The notes under the pieces: generated by a model
What the model was told of the DNA's origin: nothing
Seen by the model: only the letters and a program-made list of their open reading frames with translations
Database searches by the model: none
In this document: positions 41,139-54,302 of the stretch, one piece after another
Position numbering within the stretch: the stretch's first letter is position 1
Layout of the letters: each line of letters starts with the position of its first letter
Made by a program: the position numbers and the translations under genes
Source: Bugula neritina
Taxonomy: Eukaryota; Animalia; Bryozoa
NCBI GenBank assembly: GCA_964035545.1
Contig: OZ037766.1
Span: 23,424,767-23,488,766 of the forward strand
Direction: 5' to 3'
DNA length: 64,000 nt

Positions 41139-44100
41139 CTACTGTGTCCTGCACTGCATTCCTCCTCCATCACCGTGGTCCATTTCTTCGTCTTCAGCCG
41201 CGTGGCCTGACTGTCTAGAAGAATGATAGGGATGCAGATCTACCTCTTCATACTCTTCATTATCCTCAGGTGGGGGAGCACGCTCCGGCAGCAACTTCTC
41301 CAACATCTTAATACACAACACCACAATATTTAATACTGTATTTCACATATTACATTATTGTGTACATGTATGTACTATATTAGTGTGTTGGTTACATCAA
41401 ATTCAGAGTTTAAACTGAAAACTTTATCAGAATTGACTCAAGACATGTTTGCACAAAATTTATTATAAAAATTTTTGTGCATACAACCCTCAAACAATCT
41501 GTAGGTGATAGCTATGATAAATATAAATATTTTATTACTGCATAGATAAAGTGCGCCAGAGACTCTTTAACTATTACATGGAGCTCTATTAGACTAAGCA
41601 GAAAGAGAGAAAATAAACAATTGATATTGCTGTTGTAGTAAACAGTGACCTTAGTTCCCCATTTTTAGTATTAGAGTAATATCATTGTATTGTAAACTCA
41701 CAGTTAGCTGTTGTTCACCAGCAAACCCATCTTCAGGGAACTGTACATGAAAGTTGATAATGAGGTCTCCTTTACGGAATGGATTTTTGTGAGTCGGCAT
41801 CCCTTCTCCCATGACAACCTTACTAGACTCTAAGGAAACAGAAACATGCAGACATACACATAGACGTATACAAATACATACATTAACATATAAATAAATA
41901 TATACACAGGCACACACATAGATGTACACACAATATAAGCACAGATCAATTATATGATACATAGACATATGTATGTCAAAGATATACATCCGCAAAAAAT
42001 TGAGATGACGCATAACATAGGCCAAGACCACAGAGGCAAATCGAACATATTGTGTACAGTGAAAAATGACCGTAATACGTATAGTACAAAGAGAAATAGA
42101 CGTTGTACAGCTATGCAGAATAAGTCTACAGTGCTTAAACATAGAAACCTGGCTGTATAACTGCTCCTGGCGGTGATTTGACGAGAAGTTCTCTATTGTC
42201 TAGATGCTTGAGGGTGAATTCAAAGCCGCACAAGGCTTCTGTCAGCCCGATGTTACGAGTACAGTAGAGGTCTGAGCCCTTGCGAGTGAAGACGTCATGC
42301 TCCTCCATATTCAACACAATGATTACATCACCTGGTTCTATCCCAGGCTGCATAATACAAAATATTTGCATTAACATAGCTAACCAGAACTAGTCACTAT
42401 CTAATAAACATATTTTTAATGTGAAAGGAAAGCAACATTTTATCTACATATCTAATTAACGAAGGCCAGGATCAAAATGCCTTAATTTATATATCAATCT
42501 AAGTGATGGCCAATTCACATAGTCTAATATGTGAATTGTTGACCTACCATTTGATCAGCTTCCCCTCTTAGTGGAATCTTCTGTCCATCAACCATTCCTT
42601 TGTCAACATGAATCTCAAAGACTTTACTCTCTTTAATTGTTTTTTTGCCATTACACGCACCACATCTTTCATTTTCAGGTATGACTTGTCCTGCACACAA
42701 ATACAACACAATTGGTCTAATCACTCTAATGTTTAAATATACTCTGCGGCCTACTGTATAAAGAAATAATATATTGCTGAAGTGACACTAAAACTCTATT
42801 TTATAGATACATAGAAACAACGCACATAGATCATTCTTATTATCTTAAATTACCTTCGCCATCACAGTTTGAACATGTTGCTTGTAGTTGTTGAACCATT
42901 CCTGGACCCAACGGTCTCAAGTGAACTGTCACACCCCGACCCTTGCAAATTTCACAAGTTCTACTTCGACCTGTTTTACTGCCTAATCTACAACACACAC
43001 ACAGGCGCCATCAACAAGTCATAGGATGAATTAAAAACTGATAGTACTAATCACTAACCTCAACATTTCAAAGTGGTGATATAAACTATCTTGACATCAT
43101 CTACACTCAACTTTGAAACACAAAAAAAATGGAAAATAAGAACCAACCCTTTACAAGTTGCACATATCACAGTCTTGCTTAATTTCAGCTTGGAAGTTTT
43201 GCCGTTATACAAGTCTTCTAATGTTACCCTGAAAACAGTAAAACATATGTTGTGGTAGTTGAACATAAAACCCAAAAGAGAGTCATAAAAGCAAGTAAAA
43301 CTTGGTACCAAAACCAGCTGACTGGAGCCAATTCTGCAAAACTATATTAGAGAAGAAAATGAGAATAAGCTGTAAGGTAACCATAGTAAAAGGCTACACC
43401 AAATTATAGTAAGAATTTAATACAGAGAGTTAGTTTACACCAAAAAAATGACCCGACAAAACCGCTAGCATTGTCTACATTTTGTCTCAATTCAGAAAAT
43501 CTTAAAATTCAAATTTTCGTTAGCCCGCCATCAGCTGTTATTTTGGGGCTTAGTTTATTCGAGAGTACCATTAAACAGATATGTACAATCAACAAATGCA
43601 GGCCACCATATTGTTTTTAAACTCACAACTACAGATTTGTCACAATAACTTTATTCAATTTTAGGAAACAGTGATAAAAGCTGTTTGTCCCCCTTTAATA
43701 ACTTCCCCTCCCCATAAAATATTTTAATGTATAAAAACTATAATAGCTCAAAATAAAATACAACCAATTGAAATCAAACCAATCCTAGTACCCACTCATA
43801 ATAAACTGGATGAATACACAGCCAAATGTGTCAACTTACTTTAACGGGTGCAACACATCTCGACCTCTGGGAGGACCTCGTCTACCACCCCTACCTCCAA
43901 AAAGCCCTCCAAACATACCACCAAACAGGTCACCAAAGGGATCAAAATCTACAAAAAGTAATATATAACAAAGAACTGTAACAATAAAGTATGGTTATCC
44001 AATTATTCTAAGCAGCCTAGACAAAATGTATATGCAGCTCTGATATAAATCCTGAAGACAGATAGACATACGACTGAAAGCACTTACCATGACTACCTCT

Positions 44101-44434
44101 TCCTTCCTGCAAGCCCTCTAGCCCAAATCTGTCATAATTTTTACGTCTTTCAGGATCTGATAAGACTTCATAGGCATAGTTGATTTCTTTGATTTTCTCG
44201 CCGTGATTAGGATTTTTATCGGGGTGATACTTTTTGGCCAATTTTCTGTAGACCTACCCAAAACAAGTTCCTCATCATTTCTCAGAGGAATATCCCAAGC
44301 CACAATATAAAATGCTAAATAAGAATATGTTGATGATTTGAATAAAACTTTAGTACTAAACATACTGATTTCAGCTGATCACCCGAAACATCAGGCTGCA
44401 CTCCCAGGATATCATACAGTTGAGTATCAGGCAT
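41139..44434 (-). CDS. DNAJA2: Type I Hsp40 co-chaperone, DNAJA2-like, 9 coding exons
   Basis: [12 protein letters not shown]; J-domain YHPDKNP; G/F-rich exon; [18 protein letters not shown]; four CxxC zinc-finger motifs; EPGDVII; C-terminal CAAX CRTQ. Confidence 0.92.
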
Positions 44435-45050
44435 GGTCCCACAGACTGGATGTTAACACAAATATAACAATTTAACCTGTAAATAAAAATGCGTGAAAAT
44501 TGTGTAGCCTAAAAACCTTCATAATTCTTGAGTCAGACAAGCAAAGTTCTTAAAATGTGATTAAATACAAAGTTGCAACAGTCAATCTATTTAGTTGAAA
44601 GAGAAAATACAATAACTTAAAGTAAAGTCAAATACATAGCCATTGTACCACATCTAGAATCCTTCAGCAAAAGGATATAATACAGCAACCACAACAATGA
44701 AAACTTTTGCAATATTATTACTAGCAAACATTCTTTTGAAAATGTTGTGCAATTATACATGTTAAAGAAATTAACTTTATTCTAATATTATTGTCCTTAA
44801 CTAAAAACATGCTTTAAATTATCGATTATAAAAACTTGGTCACTTGTAAAATTAAAACTGAACTTGGATGATTGTAGTATAATTATGTATTGCATTATGG
44901 CATTGTTTGCTATACAAGCTTTTCACTAAATAGTTAATGTTTATGTATATACTGATTTTAATCTGCCTATGCTATTTAATTAGTTAACATGTCCTGTGCA
45001 CAATAAAACGTATTTATCATAATCCTACAACATTTTTGAGAGCTATAGAA

Positions 45051-45519
45051 CAGGGTTGGAGTCAATTACATATGAATGAAATCAATGACAAGAGAATTTG
45101 TCAATTACAATTATAATTACAGTTGAAATAAATGTGACTAATTACAATTACTATTACTTTTTTCTCACAAGAGACAAATAAAAGTTATAAAATCTCACTT
45201 CTGGGGTCCAACAACTCGGGGCAATTTTGACAACAAAAAACCGTCCTTGTTCTCCAGAGTAATGAATAGGGTGATAAGTACGACATTACATTAATCTGAA
45301 CTTTTTATTAAACAGTAGACAATGCTGGAAAAATGTGAATACTATAAGATTTAAAAATTTGAAGTAATTGTTATGTAATTATAAAATTCAATTATATTAG
45401 CAATGTAATTAATTATAATTACATTTTTATATATAAATTTCAAATTATATTCAATTACTTGAAAAAATGTAATTAATCACAACCAAATACAATTACAAAT
45501 TACAATTACCTCAACCCTG
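45051..45519. mobile_element. hAT-type MITE with 8-bp target-site duplication
   Basis: CTATAGAA|CAGGGTTG ... CAACCCTG|CTATAGAA; subterminal AATTAC/GTAATT arrays. Confidence 0.9.
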
Positions 45520-45699
45520 CTATAGAATTAGTATTATGATACCAATGTGGTGCTCATCTTTGCCTTCAAACACATATATTTTATTTATTACATATGACCT
45601 ATCCGTAGAAAGCCTACCATTGCATATTCGTTTTAATTCTGAGAAAAATTAAGAATTAAATAATATAACATAACAATCATAACAAAGTCTTTACTTTCT

Positions 45700-47770
45700 T
45701 AAAAAAATGCATCATTGTGTTTATAATGATATTCATAGTGATTACTGGCACTTGTCAATTGTGATTGTCACTTGATGATCATGATAGCCGAGATTGATAG
45801 TGATGGTGATGATGAACACCGCCATACTATTTGATCAAATGATGAATTACTTTATAGTTAAATTAAATTTCAAGTTTATCAAATTAAAATTGACAATTTA
45901 AATTTCACAGTTGAATATTTTTAGAACTGGTATAGTTATACCATTAGACTTAGTATTAGTATTACTATTAATATTAATATAGCTAAACTTAATGTTATCC
46001 TTAATTTCTTATACTTAATCTTACAGTTATCCTTAATACTTATTTACTAATAGTAATACTATTACTGTAGTAGTATTTAGTCATACTAATACTGACTGTA
46101 ATAGTAATACTAATACTTACAGTTACTCTTACTAAGAGTAAGAGTCTTACTCTTATTAACCCTTAGACTTATAATTATAATATTAATTATATTAAATCTA
46201 ATGCCAGTTTAGCTCAAACGATCACCATGATTGGGTAAATACGCTAAAACTCAAACGTAAAAGTTAAAGGCTCTTCTTAAGTAAAACTTCAAAGTCTAAA
46301 GTCAAAATAAAACTCTAGTCTTCCTTAGTGAGTGACTCAGTCTGAGTCAAACTCAAAGTGAAACTGAAACTGTAAATTTCTAGTTGAATTATCAATTATC
46401 AATATTATGATTGCAAACGGTTCAGGTTGTTGAGTAAAATGTATGATGCCAAAATAACCATTATTACTAGACCACCGTTGCTCATTAGTAATTATGATTA
46501 TTGATAACGGTTGACAATTTTAATTCTACAAGTACAGTGGCTATGGACAATCACAATGGACAATGAATAATCACGGTACTACTACAATATACAGATTTGA
46601 CGGAAGTAGAGACTGATGCTCGGACTTTCAGTCAGCGTATTTTCTTTGTAAATCAATCTCAACACAACAAACTCAAATAACATATAAAAATTATTGCGGC
46701 TTCCAGACTACAAAATATAAACCTCTTAGCCCGTAAGGTATGAAAATAGGAATACACTGGAGGTTTGGGTAAAATCTGGGTAAATTTAAACCCCCAGACA
46801 CTCGTCCTAAATTTAATGAACGCTTATTATTATAACGCCTAAGCCCTAAAGTAAAGTGTATACTAAATTACTAACTAAATATAGTGGAAAGACTTAAATG
46901 ACAAATACAGCTGCTTTATAATTATATCACGTCAATTATCACTCTGGGAGAGCAGTCGCTGAAGTTTTAAGTTTAAAACTAAGAATTAAACTAAAACTAA
47001 AAGTGTAAAAGTAAAACATTTTTATTTAATTTTGTGTTATTCATATTGTTACGCTTTCACTTTGACTTCGGCTTGCTCATCATCTTACTTTTAATCTAAG
47101 TATAAATAATACAGTTACTTTAATGTTATACTTATAGTTATTGTAGAAAAACTGAGGTAATTCTAATTGTGATTTTGGAAACTGAATCTGATCACTGATG
47201 GTGATTTCTCAGGCTCATAAGATTAAGTAAAGTATGAGCCATGCTGAGTCTGATGCTAAGTAATAGTTTGTTTTATAATTATAGCAATACTAATACTATA
47301 AATCTAATGCTAATAGTAGTACTAATAGTAATACTCATACTGGTAGTAATAGTAATACCCACACTGATAGTGATTGTCACTTACTAGGACTTACACTTAC
47401 ACTGTTACAGTGACACTAACAACTAACTGATAGTGATATATTCTTACTCTTAGTGATTTACTTTTACTTTTACTTTTAGTGATGGACTGATTTTCATATT
47501 AAATCTTATAGTAGTATCGATATTCATACTCGTAGCACTAGGAGTTGGTCTAGCCCTGGCCTCTAGTAATACTAATAGTAATACCAATTATCATAATCAA
47601 TATGACAATGACTATAATATATTCATATTGATAATCATTAAATTTAATTGACGATTATTACTATAAATATAATGATTCAATCAATAAATTTGAATCATGA
47701 TTAAGTTTGCTATTTAGTTTGACATTACTTATAATGATAATTATATTAAGTATTTATATTATTATTAAAG
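45700..47770. other. Two-armed 6-bp-periodic (TNA-NNN)n island around the inferred divergent promoter of DNAJA2 and the plus-strand gene (non-periodic core ~46570-46950)
   Basis: 9 in-register units at 46081-46131 and a long register at 47305-47379. The core contains CGGAAGT (46601) and a plus-strand donor AAG|GTATGA (~46738). Confidence 0.72.
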
Positions 47771-48844
47771 TTTTTGGTTCCCCCATTACCAAGACCTCAA
47801 CTCGCTAGCTGGGAACAGTACTCCAATAATCTGCATAGGCTGCTTTATTGTACACGTAGAAGATGTTACCAGTATGGACTACATACATACATTATCCGAC
47901 ATATAATTCACAGCTTTATTATAGCTAGCTGTTCTTTGTCTGTATAGAGACAGATGTGTATTGCATTTAGTGCACTTCAAAGCAATTATATAATAATGGT
48001 AGCTATAAGCAAACTGTTACAATATGAGTTAAATGTTAATCTTATGACTATGAGCATTTAACTAAGTTAAGTACTTCAGAATAATTTCATGAAAACCAAA
48101 GTCTAGAGCCCTGAAATGGCTATCCTGCTAACAGTGCTAACCATTGCAATAGTAAAAATACTTCAACCATTTTCTTTGTTTAATTACTATCCATTTATTG
48201 AGAAGCTTGAAAGTTTGAGGGCCACATAAATGTAGGCTGGAGGCCACACCAGGCCCTGGGGCTGCCTGTTGGACAGCCCTTGCCTAGTGTACTTGGAAAA
48301 GTTATACTGTATTGAGATGAGGATTCCAATACATTGACATGCTGGATTTCTAGAAGCTACTCTCATTTATTCTCTCAACATCATAAGTCACATTAGCATA
48401 GTAAAAGTTAGAAAGTATTGAAGTATATTATGCTAATGACATAGATGTGCAACATAGCACCTTTGGGTTACATGTATTTATAGAGGGGATAATTCTAAAT
48501 ATTTTACTTTCAAAGTCCACTGTTAACTTGTAACTGTTTATACTTATTAATGTATGTATTTTGGCCTTCGTAATAACGTAGCTGACCCCATTACTATTGT
48601 TGGAAAATGGTTATGTTTTTCACATTTCAGGTCTCCAGTAATAATGCAGTGCGGTAAACCCATAGAAGGCTTGATTTGAATTTACTTATTGATTTGAATT
48701 TTTATTTATGATTTAGCTGTGAGTGATGATGATGAATGCGAGAATGATAAAATATCTGCCATGCTGGATTATGGAGTTGGCTGAGAGGTATGTGTAATTC
48801 TATGCAGCCATGTAATTCCTAATGGGTCATTCATTTAAGCATAC

Positions 48845-49026
48845 ATATCCGACTCCCTTCATATCTTACGATTCCATAGGTCTCGAGAAGGGCTTGAAAC
48901 CCTGTTTTGTGACTTATGTATATGTGTATAGACACAAAATAGCCAAATTTAACGACTCTGGCTTTCTACTATGTCATGAATCAAAATTTTGGGACCGCAG
49001 CTTAGTGAGATAAGGAGGGAGCACTG
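48845..49026. mobile_element. Second, inverted copy of the Tc1/mariner-type MITE at 37998-38193
   Basis: Its reverse complement shares cagtgct.c.tc, cacaaaac.ggg...caagcccttctcg.gacctatgg. Confidence 0.7.
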
Positions 49027-51879
49027 TTTTTAAGTTAGACCTGTTATAGGCTACTATAATAATTATGGTGAGAAGCAATTTACTTGTATTAGAGTTGAAG
49101 TCTTTGTGGTATTTAATTGTCTTACTATGTAGGATAAGTTTTATCTTTTTGCACCACTGTTGTGTGATGCAATGATGAAATTGATATATTTTTATTCTAT
49201 ATTGGTAAAGTTTCTAGGCTCTATAAACATAGTTCAGCAAAGGTGCTAGTAGCTAGTATCAGAATTACAATTGATTTTACTCATGTTTTACTACAATTTT
49301 TAAAGAGTTTAAGGTTTTTCGCATATTCTATTTTTGATTAGTCAAATTCTAATTTCTAAAGTGCTGCAGTTGATGTATTACAATCAGTTGTATGATTTTA
49401 TTAAACTGAAATGAAAATAAATAAGTGGCACTAACTTCTTCATAGTAGATTTTGTTGTAATATCATCATCAGTTGCTATTGGAAAAACAAAAACAAAGGC
49501 TTGTTGGATTTGTACAGTGTGGTTTAGTTCTCATGCACTCTTATATAGGTGTAGTATTATTACACAAATGTGTTTTTTTGGCCTTTACTAAAAGTAAAGG
49601 AGAAAGGTTTTTTTAGCACGTTATAATATAATGGTTTTATGTTACAATATAGTATATGTTTTTGTCGCATACAGGTATTACGTGTAAAGAGTCTTGGCTG
49701 TCATAGGTGCAAAGTTTTTATTATGGTAATACTGTTTCTCGTTGGGTTTGTTTATGAAATTCGAAGTTGTTCTCTTTTCATTTACACGTGTTCATAATAA
49801 GACAACTCTAAATATTATCAAATGTTATTTTGTGTATTATTATCATGTATGAACTCATAAATTTGTATATAGGCTGTAAAGTTTATGATAGGAACATGAG
49901 AAATTTAAGTTGCCAAAATTTCTTGTCGAGCATAGGGATAATGCTTTATGAACCCAGTCTGGTGTGAATAGTGTGTATTCTATGTAGGGCTCCCTATTTC
50001 TGGCTGTATTCGTGAGTTAATAATTAAGTGGTTTCAGAACATTACAGTGATTACTGCTGCAATACCTAGACTTCAGGGTTTGATGTGATAGTGTGAAGTT
50101 GCCAAAAAATTAAAATATATCTATAAAGTTTTATCTTTATTGCAATGCTGTTTATATTATTTGTTTGGTGTTGAACATTATTTTATTATTTTTTTGATGA
50201 ACAAACTAAATATGTGTAAATGTGTCCTAATTTTATTATTCAGTATCATGTGTAATGTGTAATATAGTATAATATAATGGTAAGTAATATATAATGCCAT
50301 TATGTATAATAAATTATTATATTATAGTGCTGAGTAATATAGTATGTTATGTTATGATGTATAATATAAAATTATTTAGTATTGGATAATATAGTATGCT
50401 ATGATGGGCAGTATAATAGGATGTAGCAGTTGGTAGTGTAATGTGGTATATCAGTTGATATGATAGTATGATACGATGAAGTATATAAACAAGCCCCTTA
50501 TGGCAGAATTAAAAAAGTTCTCAATTAAAAGCATTCTTCATCAACTCTAAAGCAAGTGAATAAGTTGTCAGAAAGTGGAACTATTCCTTTGTATAAGTTG
50601 ATACCTTATATTCACTTCAATATACATAATAGTATCTAGTTGAATGCAACACTGTGTAGTTGAATACAAGTATATGTAGTTAAATATGGTGGTGGCCTTT
50701 ACCAATGTATTGTCATCTATTACGCACTGTTCTTCCCCATTACATGGTAGAGAGCTGCGCAAGTATTGTAAGCTAGTACTACTCTATATTCATACAGCAC
50801 CTAATTCACAGCACTGTGTACACCATTGAAATCTGAAACCACTGCTGCCAATAAAGATTTATGCTTTCCAAGTGGGTTTCTGCAAATAGTGCAGGCTTAC
50901 TGGAATAGTAATTTTATAAGGTACAATGTCGCAAAAACAAGATGCTAGTTTTTGCTATGCCCAGGAATTTATTATTACTAACTGGTCTAAACTTTTCTTT
51001 TCATTTTTTTTTAAATTTTAGTTTACGACCCTTTTAATTCTACAATTGTTGATATAGAAACAGCATTTTACTTCAAAATAGTTTATGACTTTAATTTCGT
51101 TGCCAATAGCTGAGCTTAAATGGAAGAAATTCACTCAGAATACTATAAAAGTGGAGGAAAGGTGGACGTGAAAAGCTTTTCTGTAGTACTTTGGTTTTAT
51201 GATGTATTTCCAAATGGTTTACCATTCGTAGCAGTGAAGGTATTTTGCAGTTCTTCTAATTGTTAACATTCTGTTGGAAACTTAATGCCAGGGTTCATGC
51301 CCTCTATTCTGTGTTGTACATCAACTATTGCTGCCAGATGCTCTTCTTTGACCTTTCAGAGATTCCAACTCTGAGCCCAGCCACTATAAGCCACAGCTTC
51401 TTTCACTTCACAAACAAGGCCTTGCTACTCAATACACTTCACTGGCCTTCCATTATCCAAAGGGCAGTCATTTAGTCTCACTGAAAGACTTAATAGAATA
51501 CAGACATTCTATACTACTGATTTTATACTGCCCAGTCTGTCCCTATAGCCAAGCCAATTTGCCACATTACCTCTGCTGCACCTTAGGAATTTCTGATTCA
51601 CGGCTCAAATATCGTGGAATGTTCATTGTGAGGTCTTAATTTTTCTCCTGCCAACTCAGTTTACGGAATAAGGTGCTTCTCTCACCACTTCTACATTGTG
51701 CATAACTCAGTTGTTATTCAAAAAAGCGACTGTATCAAATAGCCAACATCTCTGGTGTACCAACACACTGTACCTTACACTAAACACACACCATATAGAT
51801 CTTGCATACCTTCTTTATAACCACCCAAAGGGCAAATACCAGGTACACCACCCACAAAGTAAATAATAGATACACCACG

Positions 51880-52090
51880 AAAGTATTACCACCCACACAG
51901 AGTAATACATGTTCCACCACACACAGAGTAATACATGTTCCACCACACACAGAGTAATACATGTTCCACCACACACAGAGTAATACATGTTCCACCACAC
52001 ACAGAGTAATACATGTTCCACCACACACAGAGTAATACATGTTATACCAGACACAGGGTAATACCTGTCATACCACATACAGAGTAAATA
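51880..52090. repeat. Minisatellite, 26-bp unit (agagtaatacatgttccaccacacac), ~5 near-perfect copies plus degenerate flanks
   Basis: Direct inspection. Confidence 0.95.
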
Positions 52091-54138
52091 CCAGATGCAC
52101 TACAATATATGTAATGCTACATACAAACTAGGTACACACCCAGTTATACATGCAGTACATATTTTAGTCATTCTACTACACACTAAGTAAATACAGCTTA
52201 CCCTGTAGTACACCAGGTAAATGTTTTTTACTTAGTGTGTATGAGTAGACCTTCATTGGATATCATTTGAAGGTTGCAACTGTATAAAATAGGTTGGCAT
52301 AGGTAGGCTTGGAGTAATTGCAATTTGCTGGAATGCTCTGCAAGTTGATAGCAGTGCATTAACAGCATGCCTGGAAACACTTATTTAACAGGGCGAAACC
52401 ATATCATGGTTGGAACAAATACACATGTAGACAGTCAAGTGATACATTTTTTAACTGGGTTAGAAACTTTGGCCTTTGACCTATGCTCAAAGATGCTGAT
52501 TTTCCCCTAGTCCAAGTTTTAAATTGCTCGTTTAAAGTTCCAAATGTAGTTCTGTTTCTTCTCAGACCCCCAAAGTCCACTGTAAACTGATTTTAGTAAG
52601 CTACATATTGCATGGTGTCTCTAGGCGGCACAAGAGATGGTGGTAGTCATAACTTGTAATGAGTGTAGGCGTAGGCCATGGCTGCCCCTGTTATGCTAAA
52701 CTAAACCCATATGGTTTGACTCATTCTAGTAATTAGTAGAGTTGATGGGGGTCAAGCAAGTGTGGTGTTTAATGCTGCCATATATTTCACTGTGCACTGT
52801 GTTGGTATTGTACCTCTAATGGTAAAGATATGAACGTATAGAATTACTGCTGTTGTTAATGCTCAATGGTTTTACTGGCTGATATTGATTGGTTGAAAGA
52901 GTTTGCCTGGTGTTGTGATAGGGTACTGAATGCTGACACAATAGAGGCAGGCAGCGTTCCACCCTAGTATGTATAGAATGTAGCATGCTATCTAGAAACT
53001 GCCTCCCACGGTGTACTGTCTTCTATAACCACTACCATATGCTGCCTGCTAGATAACACTGCTAATTCACTCAAGTTGGTTTTCTCACTACTTACCATAC
53101 ATAGCTCTATCTACTATCTAAGTAAGTTTATTACTACCAGTACTTGCTTTAGCTCCTTTCTGAGAGTAAAGGTTGGGAGGTGGTGGTGGTGGTGACACTT
53201 ACCACTTTATTTCTTTTCATAGTTGTAGCATTTAATCATCTGTATACAGTTTTCATACTATAATAGGTTTGTTTTACTAAGCATACAATAAATATACGAT
53301 ATAATATTTGATGAGTTTTATTAATTTAATTTATTTTAATTATATTTAATTATTGTTATTCGCATTATTAGCACTACATTCTATTTCATGGATGTGTTTA
53401 CAACCATAGAGTCTAGTGTATGGTATATATTAGTATGACAAAATATGAAAGTTGAGGCACCAATTAATGGGTTCAATAAGTGTTAACATTATTTCTATTT
53501 TAACCAAGCTTAAACCTGCTGACTTTAGAGTTTGAGTAACTGCGTATAGTAATCTGTTGAAGTTTAGATTCTATCAACTAAACTCTGTTTGCACCTTCTA
53601 CATACTTGAGTATGCTGGACTCTACATGGTCTGTTATTTTTGTTTACTATAGAAGCGTTGATTTCTTTTGTCTACTTTCTTAAATTCCTCCAAGTAGCCT
53701 ATAGCAGTGGCCCCTACGGCCACGCTGTGCTTTGTACAGCTCCGGGAGAATTTACCAGTGCTATCTTAGACTCTGAACAATGCGCGTGATTGTAGCTGAT
53801 ATCAGCCATTTTATGACCCACTCCACTAGTCTAAAGTGCTGAGTTGATGTATTGGTGTACACCAATTGGCCACCACAACCACTAACTGGTGGAGTAGAAG
53901 ATTGGTGCCAGCATATTATCTTTCATCTACCAGGCGAGCAAACAGCCACACAGTGATGTTGAGCTTTAGTGTTGTGATATCTTACTATGCTAGTACTCGA
54001 CTTACCTATTTCTACACTCATTACCTATTAGTAAGTGTAGCTACTTTTTGCTCTGCAAGCCATTAGAGCTGGGGATGGAATCCGTGGTACTTGGGAATCT
54101 AAAGGCTGTAGTGAGTAATAATATCTTATTGAACTTCA

Positions 54139-54302
54139 CAATAGCACTTCTACCTCTCTCCACATTTGGTGCGACCATGCAATAACACTTCTACCTCTCT
54201 CTACATTTGGTGTGACTATGCAATAGCACTTCTACCTCTCTCTACATTTGGTGTGACTATGCAGTAACACTTCTACCTCTCAACACATTTGGTGTGACCA
54301 TC
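54139..54302. repeat. Minisatellite, 41-bp unit x4
   Basis: caatagcacttctacctctct.cacatttggtg.gac.atg starting at 54139, 54180, 54221, 54262. Confidence 0.93.

Noticed and set aside
48720-48790. Possible C/D box snoRNA (GTGATGA...CTGA)
   Set aside because: No terminal stem, and the segment is bounded by AG/GT like a small exon.
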